Origin: a virus
Lineage: Duplodnaviria > Heunggongvirae > Uroviricota > Caudoviricetes
IMG/VR virus record: IMGVR_UViG_648276644_000006
Strand: one strand, 5' to 3'
DNA: 25,376 nucleotides
The position numbers and the translations under genes are program-made. The number at the start of each line of letters is the position of its first letter. Position 1 is the stretch's first letter. The notes under the pieces are model-generated. The model ran no database searches and was not told where the DNA came from. It saw nothing but the letters and a program-made list of their open reading frames with translations. Below are positions 24,637 through 25,376 of this stretch, one piece after another.

Positions 24637-25376
24637 GCACAAAATTTTATACCCTGCTGACGGATATTGGCGCGGCGAAACTTGCCAGCGCCGCCGCGCT
24701 CGGTGTGCCGCTAAAAATTACCCATATGGCGGTGGGCGATGGCGGCGGAGTATTGCCAACGCCGGACGCAAAGCAGACGGCACTGGTAAATGAGAAACGC
24801 CGGGCTGCGCTGAATATGCTTTATATCGACCCGCAGAACAGCAGCCAGATTATTGCTGAACAGGTGATCCCTGAAAACGAGGGCGGTTGGTGGATACGTG
24901 AAGTGGGCCTGTTTGATGAGTCCGGGGCATTGATTGCCGTGGGAAACTGCCCGGAAAGCTATAAGCCGCAACTGGCTGAAGGCAGCGGGCGTACCCAGAC
25001 CGTGCGCATGGTGCTGATTACCAGCAGCACGGACAATATCACCCTGAAAATCGACCCTGCTGTAGTGCTGGCAACCCGTAAATACGTGGATGATAAAGTC
25101 CTGGAATTAAAGCTGTATGTGGATGACCAGATGAGAAACCACATTGCCGCACAAGATCCTCATACCCAGTATGCGCAGAAACATAATCCGACATTTACCG
25201 GAGAACCAAAAGCGCCGACGCCTGCAGCAGGAAATAACACCACGCGGATTGCGACCACTGAGTTTGTTCAGGCCGCTATTACTGCTCTGATTAACGGTGC
25301 GCCAGCCACGCTGGACACACTGAAAGAAATTGCCGCAGCCATTAACAATGACCCGAAATTCAGTACCACCGATTAA
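24633..25376 (+). CDS. H: Tail fibre protein H, conserved N-terminal (baseplate-attachment) region only; ORF ends with TAA at the last bases of the window after 247 codons
   Basis: N-terminus resembles P2 H (MAVGDGGG ... AVGNCPESYKPQLAEGSGRTQTVRMV ... TTEFVQAAITALINGAPATLDTLKEIAAAINNDPKFSTT). P2 H is about 669 aa, so this product is short. Confidence 0.75.
   Translation: MSTKFYTLLTDIGAAKLASAAALGVPLKITHMAVGDGGGVLPTPDAKQTALVNEKRRAALNMLYIDPQNSSQIIAEQVIPENEGGWWIREVGLFDESGALIAVGNCPESYKPQLAEGSGRTQTVRMVLITSSTDNITLKIDPAVVLATRKYVDDKVLELKLYVDDQMRNHIAAQDPHTQYAQKHNPTFTGEPKAPTPAAGNNTTRIATTEFVQAAITALINGAPATLDTLKEIAAAINNDPKFSTTD

Noticed and set aside
21410-24642. Antisense and alternative-frame ORFs within the tail and baseplate genes (for example 21410-21805, 21649-22173, 22031-22426, 23499-23936, 24061-24642)
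   Set aside because: Shadow ORFs of the R, S, V, J and I coding frames; no independent start signals and no recognisable domains.
1-25376. CRISPR arrays, tRNA or tmRNA genes, IS elements or transposases
   Set aside because: No regularly spaced direct repeats, no cloverleaf-like candidates noticed, and no transposase-like ORF or terminal inverted repeats around the cargo loci; the cargo appears to sit in phage variable regions rather than within a transposon.

Overview
This window is the near-complete left-to-centre portion of an integrated P2/186-family temperate phage. Reading left to right it holds a tyrosine integrase (minus strand, stop at window base 1), a 186-type CI repressor and lysogeny switch, a rightward early operon (Apl/Cox-like, CII-like, small ORFs, TraR/DksA zinc finger, orphan Dam methylase, replication endonuclease A), then the cos-proximal accessory region, then the structural and lysis genes (portal Q and terminase P on the minus strand; O, N, M, L, X, pinholin, SAR-endolysin, LysA/B/C, R, S, V, W, J, I and the first 247 codons of tail fibre H on the plus strand). 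Three AT-rich cargo loci interrupt this backbone and are the main points of interest: (1) a 558-aa membrane-anchored coiled-coil protein with a C-terminal T5orf172/GIY-YIG-like domain sitting directly downstream of cI; (2) a 630-aa KAP-type P-loop NTPase with its own promoter and terminator; (3) an overlapping gene pair, phosphoribosyltransferase (PRTase) plus DprA/Smf-like (SLOG) protein, between a cos-like motif and the portal gene. I regard the PRTase/DprA-like pair as the best candidate for an undescribed accessory (possibly anti-phage) system. The replication gene A appears broken by two single-base frame changes at homopolymer runs. All calls rest on reading the supplied ORF translations and sequence by eye; no database search or computation was run, and GC contrasts are visual impressions only.
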